This document shows, one piece after another, positions 48,401-58,100 of a DNA stretch of 64,000 bases (the stretch's first letter is position 1; each line of letters begins with the position of its first letter). Under the pieces are notes generated by a model, which was not told the origin of the DNA, did no database searches, and saw nothing but the letters and a program-made list of their open reading frames with translations. The position numbers and the translations under genes were made by a program. The DNA is from Patescibacteria group bacterium (GTDB lineage Bacteria; Patescibacteriota; Gracilibacteria; UBA1369; PNNO01): contig JBHPDK010000003.1 in the NCBI GenBank assembly GCA_042577965.1, positions 9,266 through 73,265 of the forward strand, in the 5' to 3' direction.

Positions 48401-49263
48401 ACTTCATCGAAATCTTGTGGATCACCTAATCCAGTTCGATGAATAGTTAGTCCTTCGATATTGATTGGTTCATCATTTGAAGCTTCAAATCCCCAAACAG
48501 TGTAAAGTACACCACTTGCATTTCTTGGGATTAATGAGCTTGCTGGAGTAGAACCATCAACTGAAACTGTTAAAGCACCAGAAGGTCCTACGTAAGTTGT
48601 ACAATCTGAAGTTGGTTCAGCACCTCTGTGTACTACAGCAATACCTTCAGCACGTACAATGTTTCTTCCTGGTTCTAGGTTCATAGTTCCACCTACACCT
48701 TGGAATACACAATTGTCATATGCAATACCAGAAGTTTCGTCATACCAAACTCCTGCTACAACATCATTGAATACATCAGAAGCTAAAGAAGTTCCAAGTA
48801 GTCCGTACCCTTCAACTACAACCTTACCTGCTTCTGCACGAAGGATGTTGTCGTTTGGACGAACGTGTCCTGGTGTAGCTGATCCTGGACCGTCACCAGA
48901 AACTATTCCAGCTTCTGCTAACGCAGTAATCCATCCACATGCCCAGTGACCTGCATCCAGATCCAAGAAAGTTAGTTCGTCACAAGCAGCTTCTGGGATT
49001 CCAGCTCCTGCAGCAGTCATCTTAAAGAATTCTGCTCTTGTAGAGTTGTCACCACCTCTGAAAAAAGCTTGTGTCTCGTCGAGGATCCCGCTATCGAGTC
49101 CCCATTGAACGTCGTCAGCGTACCATTCGGTACCGTCGACATCCCCGTAAATATCTACAGCTACTTGAGCACTTGCTGATCCTACCACCATAAAACTGGC
49201 GATAATAGCAAGTACCGCGAAAGCTGCGATGTTTTTACGGATTGTTCGTAAAGAAAAATCCAT
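45463..49263 (-). CDS. S-layer-like surface protein with signal peptide and three N-terminal SLH domains
   Basis: Signal peptide ...VVGSASAQV. SLH-like segments (GTEWYADDVQWGLDSGIL...STRAEF; FLDLDAGHWACGWITALAEAGIVSG...ILRAEA; FNDVVAGVWYDE...IVRAEG). Long Thr/Asp/Gly-rich, beta-type remainder. Confidence 0.75.
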   Translation of the reverse strand: MDFSLRTIRKNIAAFAVLAIIASFMVVGSASAQVAVDIYGDVDGTEWYADDVQWGLDSGILDETQAFFRGGDNSTRAEFFKMTAAGAGIPEAACDELTFLDLDAGHWACGWITALAEAGIVSGDGPGSATPGHVRPNDNILRAEAGKVVVEGYGLLGTSLASDVFNDVVAGVWYDETSGIAYDNCVFQGVGGTMNLEPGRNIVRAEGIAVVHRGAEPTSDCTTYVGPSGALTVSVDGSTPASSLIPRNASGVLYTVWGFEASNDEPINIEGLTIHRTGLGDPQDFDEVRLYVDGMQQGSRKNINNDSNSADFALAGTPIQVPPGAKLLVGSVGDMDAMENSENALCINGPEDVIAYGANSGELVDVGGSFAACGEYMYTSSATVGTVTYTTTDFGGDINVGDTDVDMTRLRIEVDGEDGILQFISIKQTGSADPEDFASLLWYYENAPIEGLDCDWADDYWGCDFTGSGLSVVDGGVMNLDFRNDVVGGIGNTAAWDIKRDTDIFILGGQHGYGLNVEEDGASMPPDPREIVGGRLAFSTSVDNPTVGDVAPNAQDHDFLGFNASTAGDAVDVTEYDMTVFYEGNALLPGEVDDLKVWRWDTGTEAWKIAASALDPANGTCTAWPVPASCVQTYEDIITLPSTGTTPFMATMDVDTSAPDGAEYRVGFGDAVVGVTAEYTVDDDPVLAADISGLPLVGNWQTVAPPHLTVEVSSAPWDQTVVRNQPELDLVGYDLTATTASDLIVRTIQLTCTDETVVLTGTCDDFFTNLELYHKDGGSLFFLDDSAFSAGLGVFNNVNLNTLSGQTEKVLARANGTSSPDAGDEVSFGIATNSDVAADDEFGFALLATAVPLTNQIDVCPAVSQGCLYADGEAPLMTFMANGAIEVSIEDTLNDEIILDGTAGVLVAEITIRELTDAEPIDIRKLRLTNDIDATGLLCDASGISSVNIPYPNADDEYSFSLQSLANDVEFAFDDAGDRRVRVPRDGTIILPVTVDTNSIGGGGAMSGDCVNLGVELLENALALPVLPDYNNDDIDIEAVGASSGILLGGGYLGDTNYPLPLADDFILGGAGYVADVYGSGSEVFTIRNNKPMVTTNFELSTGPDLYGLLQSPRLNHPVLGFNVSVEGTDSMTMYDIELLTTTGGGANTCAPAGSYELYREETWLIPGPALTVPVVDTFMAADFTNNVGLQVSGGNDDDFLVTADTSACTFNATSPDIMSVSIADNDGLPLPVPTAFLWDDTDATGILDIGVTNDTGVSDTTLFFG

Positions 49264-49910
49264 GGCTTTCTAAAGTTAAAAAAATAATTGAAAAAATAAA
49301 ATCGGTTTGATTTAACGTCTAAACCAAATAAGACGTATATGTTAATGTTGCCAGCCGCTTTAAAAGCAGCAAACAACGGATTGTTGTTATACTTTCTTTC
49401 TGCCTGATTTTCAATGAGCGAATATATATAATAAGGTATGTATTTACGTTTATGACACGCAATAAGATTAGGCCCTCTTACGAGAACTCATTAAACTACC
49501 GGTTTTTCGCTATATTCAGATGGATTTTAAACAATTGAAAGTGCTTCGTCAATGCTATAAATTCGCTTTTCTCTTTATTCTAAGCGCCTTTTTTGCTATC
49601 ACATAATAATCTTTTCTTTCCTGCAATTTGGCTTTATCGTCTCTATATTAAGCTTTTTGCACTTCGTTCTAATTCACTAAAAAAAACTACAAATAGTGCA
49701 TTTTGTTTCGAAAATTGAATTGACAGGCCGGAGCTTTGACGCGTGATTCAAATACGCACCGATGTTTGCGAAGTTTTGCGAAGTATAGATAAATAGTACA
49801 TTCTAATTTTTGCTAGCTTTTTGCTAGCTTTTTTAGAGTGCATTGGTGTGTAATTTAAAAAATTACCGGGTAATTCCATTTAGCTCGGCACGCTTCGCAT
49901 GCTGCGCTCC

Positions 49911-49985
49911 TGGTAGCCCCAAGGGGAATCGAACCCCTGTTTCCGCCGTGAGAGGGCGATGTCCTAACCGCTAGACGATGGGGCC
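49911..49985 (-). tRNA. tRNA-Glu (anticodon CTC)
   Basis: GGCCCCATCGTCTAGCGGTTAGGAC..., anticodon loop CT-CTC-AC, T arm AGGGG-TTCGATT-CCCCT, encoded CCA. Confidence 0.95.
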
Positions 49986-49995
49986 AAGCTGACAA

Positions 49996-50030
49996 TTGAC
50001 CATTAACCTTTGACTTTTGACCTTTGACTG
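49996..50030. repeat. Five tandem 7-bp units TTGACCA/TTAACCT/TTGACTT/TTGACCT/TTGACTG
   Basis: Unit starts at 49996, 50003, 50010, 50017, 50024. Same heptamer family as 4276-4310. Confidence 0.8.
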
Positions 50031-50152
50031 CACGAGTAATTTAGCCAATATTTGCTTTTATTTCAATATATAATTAATATACCCAAGCAAAATCTATTTA
50101 CGCTCGCGATTATAATATCCGCTTGCGAGAGACTCATTAACATTCGTCTCTG

Positions 50153-51289
50153 ATGCCAAAAAATTTTTATGAAACTTTAGGAGTTGAAAGAGGAGCCTCT
50201 GATCAGGATATAAAACGTGCATATCGAAAAAAAGCACAAAAGTATCATCCTGATAAAAATAAAGGAGATAAAGCTGCTGAAACAAAATTCAAAGAAATAA
50301 ATGAAGCGTACGAAACTCTCTCTGATAGAAAAAAGAGGTCGTTTTATGATCAATTCGGGCAAACACAGGGGGCAGCAGGGCCAGGAGGAGCTCAGGGATT
50401 CGGAGGATTCAATGCTCAGGGATTTGATTTTTCTAACATGGGAGGCGGCTTTGCTGATATTTTTGAAACATTTTTTAGTGGAAGTGCAGGAGGTGCAAGA
50501 AGCAGGACAAGTAGAGGAGGCCCTGTTAGAGGTGAAGATATTCAGGCTCAAATCAGAATTAAATTTGAAGAAAGTGTAACAGGAACAGACAGGGAGCTTG
50601 AAATAACAAAAGCTGAAAAATGCGAACACTGTAAAGCAAAAGGTGCAGAACCAGGCAGTAAAATTATTACCTGCCCTGTTTGCAGCGGAACAGGTGAAAT
50701 AAAAGAAGTAAGGCAAACTTTACTAGGCCAAATCGCTACTTCACGAACTTGTGATACCTGTCGTGGTGAAGGAACAACTCCTGAAAAGAAATGCTCTGTT
50801 TGCCATGGCACTACGCGCACAAGAAAAAAAGAAAAAGTTAAAGTTAAAATTCCAGCAGGAATTAATGACGATTCAACAATACGTTTAAGCGGCAAAGGTG
50901 AAGCAGGTGTTAAAGGCGGGAGATATGGCGATTTATATCTACATATTAATATTGAACCGCATAGAGAATTTGTAAGAAGCGGTGATGATATTCATACTGA
51001 TCAAAAAATTCATTTAATTCAGGGTGTTTTGGGTGATGAAATTGAAATCCCAACTGTTTATGAAAAAATTAAATTAAAAATTCCATCAGGCACTCAAAGT
51101 GGAAAAGTATTTAAAATTAAGGGTTATGGAATGCCGCGATTAAACACAGAACAAAAAGGTGATCATTATTTAAAAATTATTCTGGATGTACCTGCAAAGC
51201 TTTCAAAAAAAGAAAAAGAATTGTATGCACAGCTTGCTAATGAAGCTGAATTGGATATTAAAGAAGGCAAAAAAGGGCTATTTGGATAA
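50153..51289 (+). CDS. dnaJ: Molecular chaperone DnaJ
   Basis: J domain ([13 protein letters not shown]), G/F region, four CxxCxGxG zinc-finger repeats. Confidence 0.95.
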   Translation: MPKNFYETLGVERGASDQDIKRAYRKKAQKYHPDKNKGDKAAETKFKEINEAYETLSDRKKRSFYDQFGQTQGAAGPGGAQGFGGFNAQGFDFSNMGGGFADIFETFFSGSAGGARSRTSRGGPVRGEDIQAQIRIKFEESVTGTDRELEITKAEKCEHCKAKGAEPGSKIITCPVCSGTGEIKEVRQTLLGQIATSRTCDTCRGEGTTPEKKCSVCHGTTRTRKKEKVKVKIPAGINDDSTIRLSGKGEAGVKGGRYGDLYLHINIEPHREFVRSGDDIHTDQKIHLIQGVLGDEIEIPTVYEKIKLKIPSGTQSGKVFKIKGYGMPRLNTEQKGDHYLKIILDVPAKLSKKEKELYAQLANEAELDIKEGKKGLFG

Positions 51290-51360
51290 ATTTTTATAAA
51301 TTCGAATCTTGCCAAATTTTTAAGTATATTATACTATAAGTATTGATCTAAATTAAAAGT

Positions 51361-51936
51361 ATGAATGTGAATCTATCCTGGGATTTATTTATTATTGTAT
51401 TTTTCGGCCTTATAGTTGCCTACAGTTTAATTATCGGCAGAAATAATAACATTAAAGTTATTCTGGCCACTTATGTTGCAGCGCTTTTTGCAGACGCTGT
51501 CGGGAATTTATTTGGAAAAACTTTAGCGCTTTCAGACAACTTTATGAAATTAATGAAACTCTTTTATATAGATTCACCGGAAGATGCGACCGTACTAGTG
51601 AAAATATTAATGTTAATTGTGATTATTGTGCTGTTGTCAGTTCGGGGCTCATACAATGTTGATGTAAATAAAGCAGGGCCTCCTGGTGTAAAAGTTGGTA
51701 TTAATATGTTATTTGGATTTTTAAATGCCTGTTTAATTGTAAGTATTGCACTTATTTTTGTATCTGGATCTTCTTTTATAGTTGGTGACCCTATTGTTAC
51801 AAGCAGTGCGTTTCAGGATATTTATAGTCAATCAAATATAGCGAGAATTTTAATAGATCAATATAGTGTCTGGTTCATGCTTCCGGCACTGGCTTTTATA
51901 GGAATAAGCTTTTTTTCAGAAAAAACAGAAAATTAA
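51361..51936 (+). CDS. Hypothetical membrane protein
   Basis: 191 aa with 5-6 hydrophobic spans. Confidence 0.45.
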   Translation: MNVNLSWDLFIIVFFGLIVAYSLIIGRNNNIKVILATYVAALFADAVGNLFGKTLALSDNFMKLMKLFYIDSPEDATVLVKILMLIVIIVLLSVRGSYNVDVNKAGPPGVKVGINMLFGFLNACLIVSIALIFVSGSSFIVGDPIVTSSAFQDIYSQSNIARILIDQYSVWFMLPALAFIGISFFSEKTEN

Positions 51937-51982
51937 CTTGCACTTAGAGTTAAGTATTCGTAGAATAGTGAAGCAAATTTAT

Positions 51983-52058
51983 GGGTCATTAGCTCAGTTG
52001 GTAGAGCGGCTCCCTTTTAAGGAGAAGGTCACAGGTTCGAATCCTGTATGACCCACCA
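51983..52058 (+). tRNA. tRNA-Lys (anticodon TTT)
   Basis: GGGTCATTAGCTCAGTTGGTAGAGC, anticodon loop CT-TTT-AA, T arm ACAGG-TTCGAAT-CCTGT, encoded CCA. Confidence 0.95.
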
Positions 52059-52101
52059 CCAGAGCGCAGCGAGGCTTTAAGCCGAGCGGAGCGGAAATAT
52101 A

Positions 52102-52126
52102 ACACGCAAATGCGTGTCTTTTTTTT
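52102..52126 (+). terminator. Intrinsic terminator after tRNA-Lys
   Basis: ACACGC-AAAT-GCGTGT stem followed by C plus T8. Confidence 0.6.
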
Positions 52127-52129
52127 AAA

Positions 52130-52178
52130 ATTACCGGGTAATCCAGGATTACCCGGTAATCGCACATTACTCGGTAAT
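52130..52178. repeat. Three 13-bp palindromes (ATTACCGGGTAAT, ATTACCCGGTAAT, ATTACTCGGTAAT) at 18-bp period
   Basis: Copies at 52130-52142, 52148-52160, 52166-52178. Spacers CCAGG and CGCAC. Same family as 15551-15599, plus a single copy at 49862-49874. Confidence 0.85.
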
Positions 52179-52185
52179 TAAAAAC

Positions 52186-55100
52186 CTATTGCGTGGAATA
52201 TGAAGAGCCCACCTCAGCCGCAGCAGCAGCTGCATCTTTTTCTTTTAGTAAACTAACTAATCTTTCTATTGCGAATATGAACTCGCCTCTTTCGTTGTCT
52301 TGTAAATCAATTCGTAATTGTTCAATTAATGCATCGTTTCTCATGATTGTATTCGAATGCCTGTTAACAAAATCTGATGCAGCTACTAGCCAGATCATTC
52401 GGGCATCAAGCGCGAATACTTCACCTCTTACCGCTGGATTATCTGCAAATGTAAATCTTGCTGGCGGGAAGTTGAATCTAACAAGATCAGTTAAGTTTTC
52501 ACAATCATATTCAGCTGCAAGCTCTCTTACATTCATTTCTGAATCATCAAAATCAGATGCTTCAACTACTTCTCTTGGCAAACACATTTCAGCATCAAGT
52601 TCAGTACATGAATACCCCGCAGCCATTGTTCTAATTGCCATTTCCTCTGTTGGGGCATAATCATCAAAACCATTAGCTAAAGCTAATTCTTCCGGTATAC
52701 ATACATCAGCTACAATCTTATTTTTTACTACCATTGGAATATATTGCGCATACCATTCATTTGGATCAGCATCATAGTAATAACTTCCCCATTTTGCTAT
52801 TGCTGCTTCCAGAATTTGTTCAGGAGTTAAGTTCTCGTCATCTTCTTCACCATGAAACTCCGCAAACCCAACTAATTCTTCCGGTGTGTACATAATTCTG
52901 TTTCTTGGGTCATAATCAAATGCATTTACGAATACTTTTAGTATTTCAGCACGAGTTATTTGATCTTCCCATTGTGCCTGCCATTCTCCATCATTACTTG
53001 AATCAACCATTAATGATTTATCCAACACTAATCTACCATCAATAATTCCCTTATCGTAAGCTGTATAGAATACATTTGTAATAAAATTCAATGTCTCTTT
53101 GTCTATTCTTTTATAATCCGGATGAGCACCAGTTACTCTACGAGGAAGTTCAGGAAAATCAGGTCTCGCGGTTAGTAATTCGCCTGCTTCAAGCCTTAGT
53201 TCATTTGTATAAATAGGTATACAAGCTGAAGTAAGTGCGATTTTTACTGTTTCAAATCTGTTTGTTAATTGAAGAGGTCTGATAGTTGTATCGTTTGTTG
53301 CATCAGAACTACCATAAAATGAGCCGCTTCCACTGATAATAAATTGATCTTTATCAGTCAGGTATATTCTACTTAAGAAATCCACATAATCCTTGGTCCA
53401 GATTTCTTCATTATCTGTATAAAGAACTTCTCTTAAAGGATTAAATTCAAGACATGTTTCCTGAGGTGGACCTGGATGTACTGGCGTAGGTCCGCCTGGA
53501 GGTGGTTCAAGTTTACAATGTTTATTACAACCATCACCATCTTGTCTGTTTCCATCATCACATTCTTCATTTGCTTCTACCTTGTTATTACCGCAAGATG
53601 AGCCGCCTGGAGGACGACTACCACCCTGAACCTCTACAGAGACTGTAGCAAGGCCTGAAACAGCTCCGTCATTGTCTTCAATTGTATATGTAAAGCTGTC
53701 ATTACCTACAAAACCACTATCAGGAGTATAAGTTACTTCTCCTGTTTGTGGATCTACTGATACTGTCCCATTTGGTGGCTCATCAACAATAGTTACTGTA
53801 GTTGGATCAATTGTTCCATCAGGATCTTCATCATTATTTGGAACATCGATAGTTACATCCTGACCTGCCGGAGTAGTAGCGCTGTCATTATTTGCTACCG
53901 GAGGGTCATTAACATCATTTACTCTTATTGAAACAGTTGCAGTATTAGAAGTTGCCGAGTCATCATCATCTACTTCGTATGTAAAGCTGTCTGAACCATT
54001 GTAATCAGAATCAGGAGTATAAGTTACAACACCTGTTGCCGGATGTACTGATGTGCTTCCATTATCAACATCATCAAGTATTACTACTGTTGTTGGATCA
54101 ATTGTTCCGTCTACATCTGTGTCATTTGCAGTTACATCAATATCAACAGGCACATCTTCATCTGTTGTTTCACTATCATCATTTGCTATTGGAGGATCAT
54201 TTACATCATTTATTGTTATGAAAACTGTTGCTTCGTTTGAAACAGCAGCATCATCATCTTCAATTGTATAAGTAAAGCTGTCACCGCCATGGTAATCTGC
54301 ATTCGGAGAATAAGTAATCACACCAGTACTTGCATTAATACCAGGAACACCATTTGCCGGAGGGATAACAATAGTTACTGTAGTTAAGTTAAGTGTACCG
54401 TCAATATCTGTGTCATTTCCAGGTACATTAATTGGAACAGGAGTGTCTTCATCTGTTGTTGCATTATCATTTACCGCAACCGGAGGATCATTAATTGGAT
54501 CAACAGTTAATGTAACAGTTGCTGTATTTGAAGTTGCTGAGTCATCATCATTAACTTTATAAGTGAATAAATCTGAACCATTATAGTTTGCATCAGGAGT
54601 ATAAGTTACAACTCCGGTAGTTGGATCAACATAAAGCGATCCATGAGCAGGATCATCAACAATAACTACGGTTGTTGGATCAACTGTTCCGTCTACATCT
54701 GTATCATTTGCAGTTACATCAACATCAACTGGCACATCTTCATCTGTTGTTTCACTATCATCATTTGCTATCGGAGGATCATTTACATCATTTATTGTAA
54801 TATCTACTGTTGCTTCATTTGAGATATTACCTTCATCATCCCGTATTTTGTATGTAAAAGAATCGCTTCCAAAGAAATCTGCATCTGGTGTATATGTTAC
54901 AACACCTGTTGTTGGATTAACTGAAACCAAACCATCTGATGGAGGAGTTTCAATTGATACTGTTGTTGGGTCAATTGTACCGTCAGGATCTGTATCATTA
55001 GCTGGCACATTTATATCAACAGGAGTATCTTCGTTTGTTGTTTCGCTGTCATCATTTGCTGTTGGAGGATCAACCACAGGCCCTATATTAATTGTTACAG

Positions 55101-58100
55101 TTGCTGTGTTTGACGTAGCTCCGTCATCATCCTGAATTGTGTATGTAAAGCTGTCTGAGCCATTATAATTCTCGTCTGGAGTATATGTTACAACTCCATT
55201 CCCAGGATTCACTGATACCAAGCCATGCGCTGGATCATCTATAATTTGTACAGTTGTCTGATCAACTGTTCCATCGATATCTGTATCATTAACTTTAACA
55301 TCAATTCCAACTGGAACATCTTCATCAGTTGAAGCAGTGTCATCATTTGCAATTGGAGGATCATTCACGTCATTAATTGTAATATTTACAGTTGCTGTGT
55401 TTGATGTAGCTCCGTCATCATCATCAATTGTATATGTGAATAAATCTGAACCATTATAATCAGCATCTGGTGTATAAGTTACTGCTCCAGTAGCTGGATT
55501 AACCTCAACAGTACCGTGAGTTGGATCATCCACTATTGCTACTGTTGTTAAATCAACAAATCCATCTATATCTGTATCATTAGAAGGAACATTTATAATA
55601 ACAGGATCATCTTCATCAGTTGTTCCACTGTCATTATTTGCAATTGGAGGATCATTTACATCATTAATTGTAATAGTTACTGTTGCTGCATTTGAAGTAG
55701 CTCCGTCATCATCATCAATTGTATAAGTGAAGCTGTCACCGCCATTGTAATTTAAATCAGGTGTATAAGTAATTTCACCTGTTGTTGGATTAACTGAAAC
55801 ACCGCCATTTGAAGGAGGAGTAGCAATTGCTACAGTTGTTGGATCAACTGTTCCGTCTATATCTGTATCATTCGCTGGAACATCAATTCCAACAGGTGTG
55901 TCTTCATCTGTTGTTTCGCTGTCGTCATTTGCAATTGGAGGATCATTTACATCATTAATTGTAATAGTTACTGTTGCTGTATTTGAAGTAGCCGAGTCAT
56001 CATCATCAATTGTATAAGTAAATATATCTGAACCATTATAATTTAAGTCTGGTGTATATGTTACTGCTCCAGTAGTTGGATTAACTGAAACAGATCCATG
56101 AGCAGGATCATCAACAATAGCTACAGTTGTTAGATCAACTGTTCCATCAACATCTGTATCATTCGCTGGAACATCAACTATAACTGGTGTGTCTTCGTCA
56201 GTTGAATCACTGTCATTATTTGCAACCGGAGGATCATTTACGTCATTTATTGTGATTGTTACAGTTGCAACATTTGAAATATTTCCATCATTATCATTGA
56301 CTGTATATGTAAAGCTGTCACTGCCATTGTAATTTAAATCAGGAGTATAAGTTACAACACCTGTTGTTGGATTAACTGATACACCACCGTCTGATGGTAA
56401 ATCTACAATTGCCACAGTTGCATCATCAATTGTTCCATCAGGGTCTGTATCATTTGCAGGTACATCAATGTCAACAGGTGTGTCTTCGTTTGTTGTTGCA
56501 CTGTCATCATTTGCAGTTGGAGGATCAACTACAGCACCAATATTAATTGTTACTGTTGCTGTGTTTGAAGTAGCCCCGTCATCATCATCAATTGTATATG
56601 TAAAACTGTCGCTGCCATTGTAATTTAAATCAGGTGTATATGTTACTACTCCAGTTGTTGGATTAACTGAAACACCGCCATCAGTTGGATGGTCTACGAT
56701 GGTTACTGTTGTTAGATCAACTGTCCCATCAATATCTGTATCATTTGCAGGTACATCAATATCAACCGCAACATCCTCATTTGTACTTGCAGTATCATCA
56801 TTTGCCACAGGAGGATCATTAACATCATTTATTGTGATTGTTACTGTTGCAACATTTGAAGTTGCTCCGTCATTATCATCAATTGTATATGTAAAACTGT
56901 CGCTGCCATTGTAATCGGCATCAGGTGTATATGTTACAACTCCTGTAGTTGGATTTACTGAAACACCGCCATCAGTTGGATAATCAACTATTGTTACAGT
57001 TGTTGGATCAAGAATTCCATCTACATCTGTATCATTAGCTTTTACAACAATTCCAACCGCTGTATCTTCGTTTGTAGTCGCAGTATCATTATTTGCAACA
57101 GGAGGGTCATTTACATCATTTATTGTGATTGTTACTGTTGCAACATTTGAAGTTCCCCCATCATTATCATCAATTGTGTATGTAAAACTGTCGCTGCCAT
57201 TGTAATTTAAATCCGGTGTATATGTTGCTACTCCAGTTGTTGGATTAACTGAAACGCTGCCATTAGAAGGCAGATCAACAATAATCACTGAAGTTAAATT
57301 TAAAGTTCCGTCTGAATCTGTATCATTTGAAGGCACATTAATAAGAACAGGTGTGTCTTCATCTGTAGTTGCACTGTCATCATTTGCTACTGGATCATCA
57401 TTAACACAGGTTACTGTTACATAAACTGTTGCTTCGTTAGAAGTTGCCGAGTCATTATCATCGATTGTATATGTGAATTCATCACTCCCGCAATATTCTG
57501 CATCAGGAGTATAAGTAACGCCTCCTGTACTTGGATTAACTGAAGTTGATCCATTTGTTGGACCACCTGTTACAGTAACAGATGATAGATCTAAAGTTCC
57601 ATCTATATCATCATCATTTGCAGGTACATCAATTACCACTGAATCATCTTCATCCACAGTTGCAAAATCATCATTTGCAACCGGAGGGTCATTTACATCA
57701 TTTACTGTAACGGTTACTGTTGCAATATTTGAAGTTGCACCGTCATCATCATCAATTGTGTATGTAAAACTGTCGCTGCCATTAAAATTTAAATCAGGAG
57801 TATAAGTTACTTCACCTGTTGTTGGATTAACTGAAACCGATCCATCAGATGGATGAGCAACAATAGCTACTGTAGTTAAATCTAAAGTTCCGTCTGAATC
57901 TGAATCGTTTGAAGGTACATTTATTCCTACTGGTGTATCTTCGTCTGTTGTTGCGCTGTCATCATTTGCTGTTGGAGGATCGTTTACATCACTAATTGTG
58001 ATTGTTACTGTTGCTTCATTCGAAGTATCTGCATCATTATCATCAATTGTGTAAGTAAAAGAATCTAAGCCATTATAACCTGCATTAGGTGTATAAGTCA

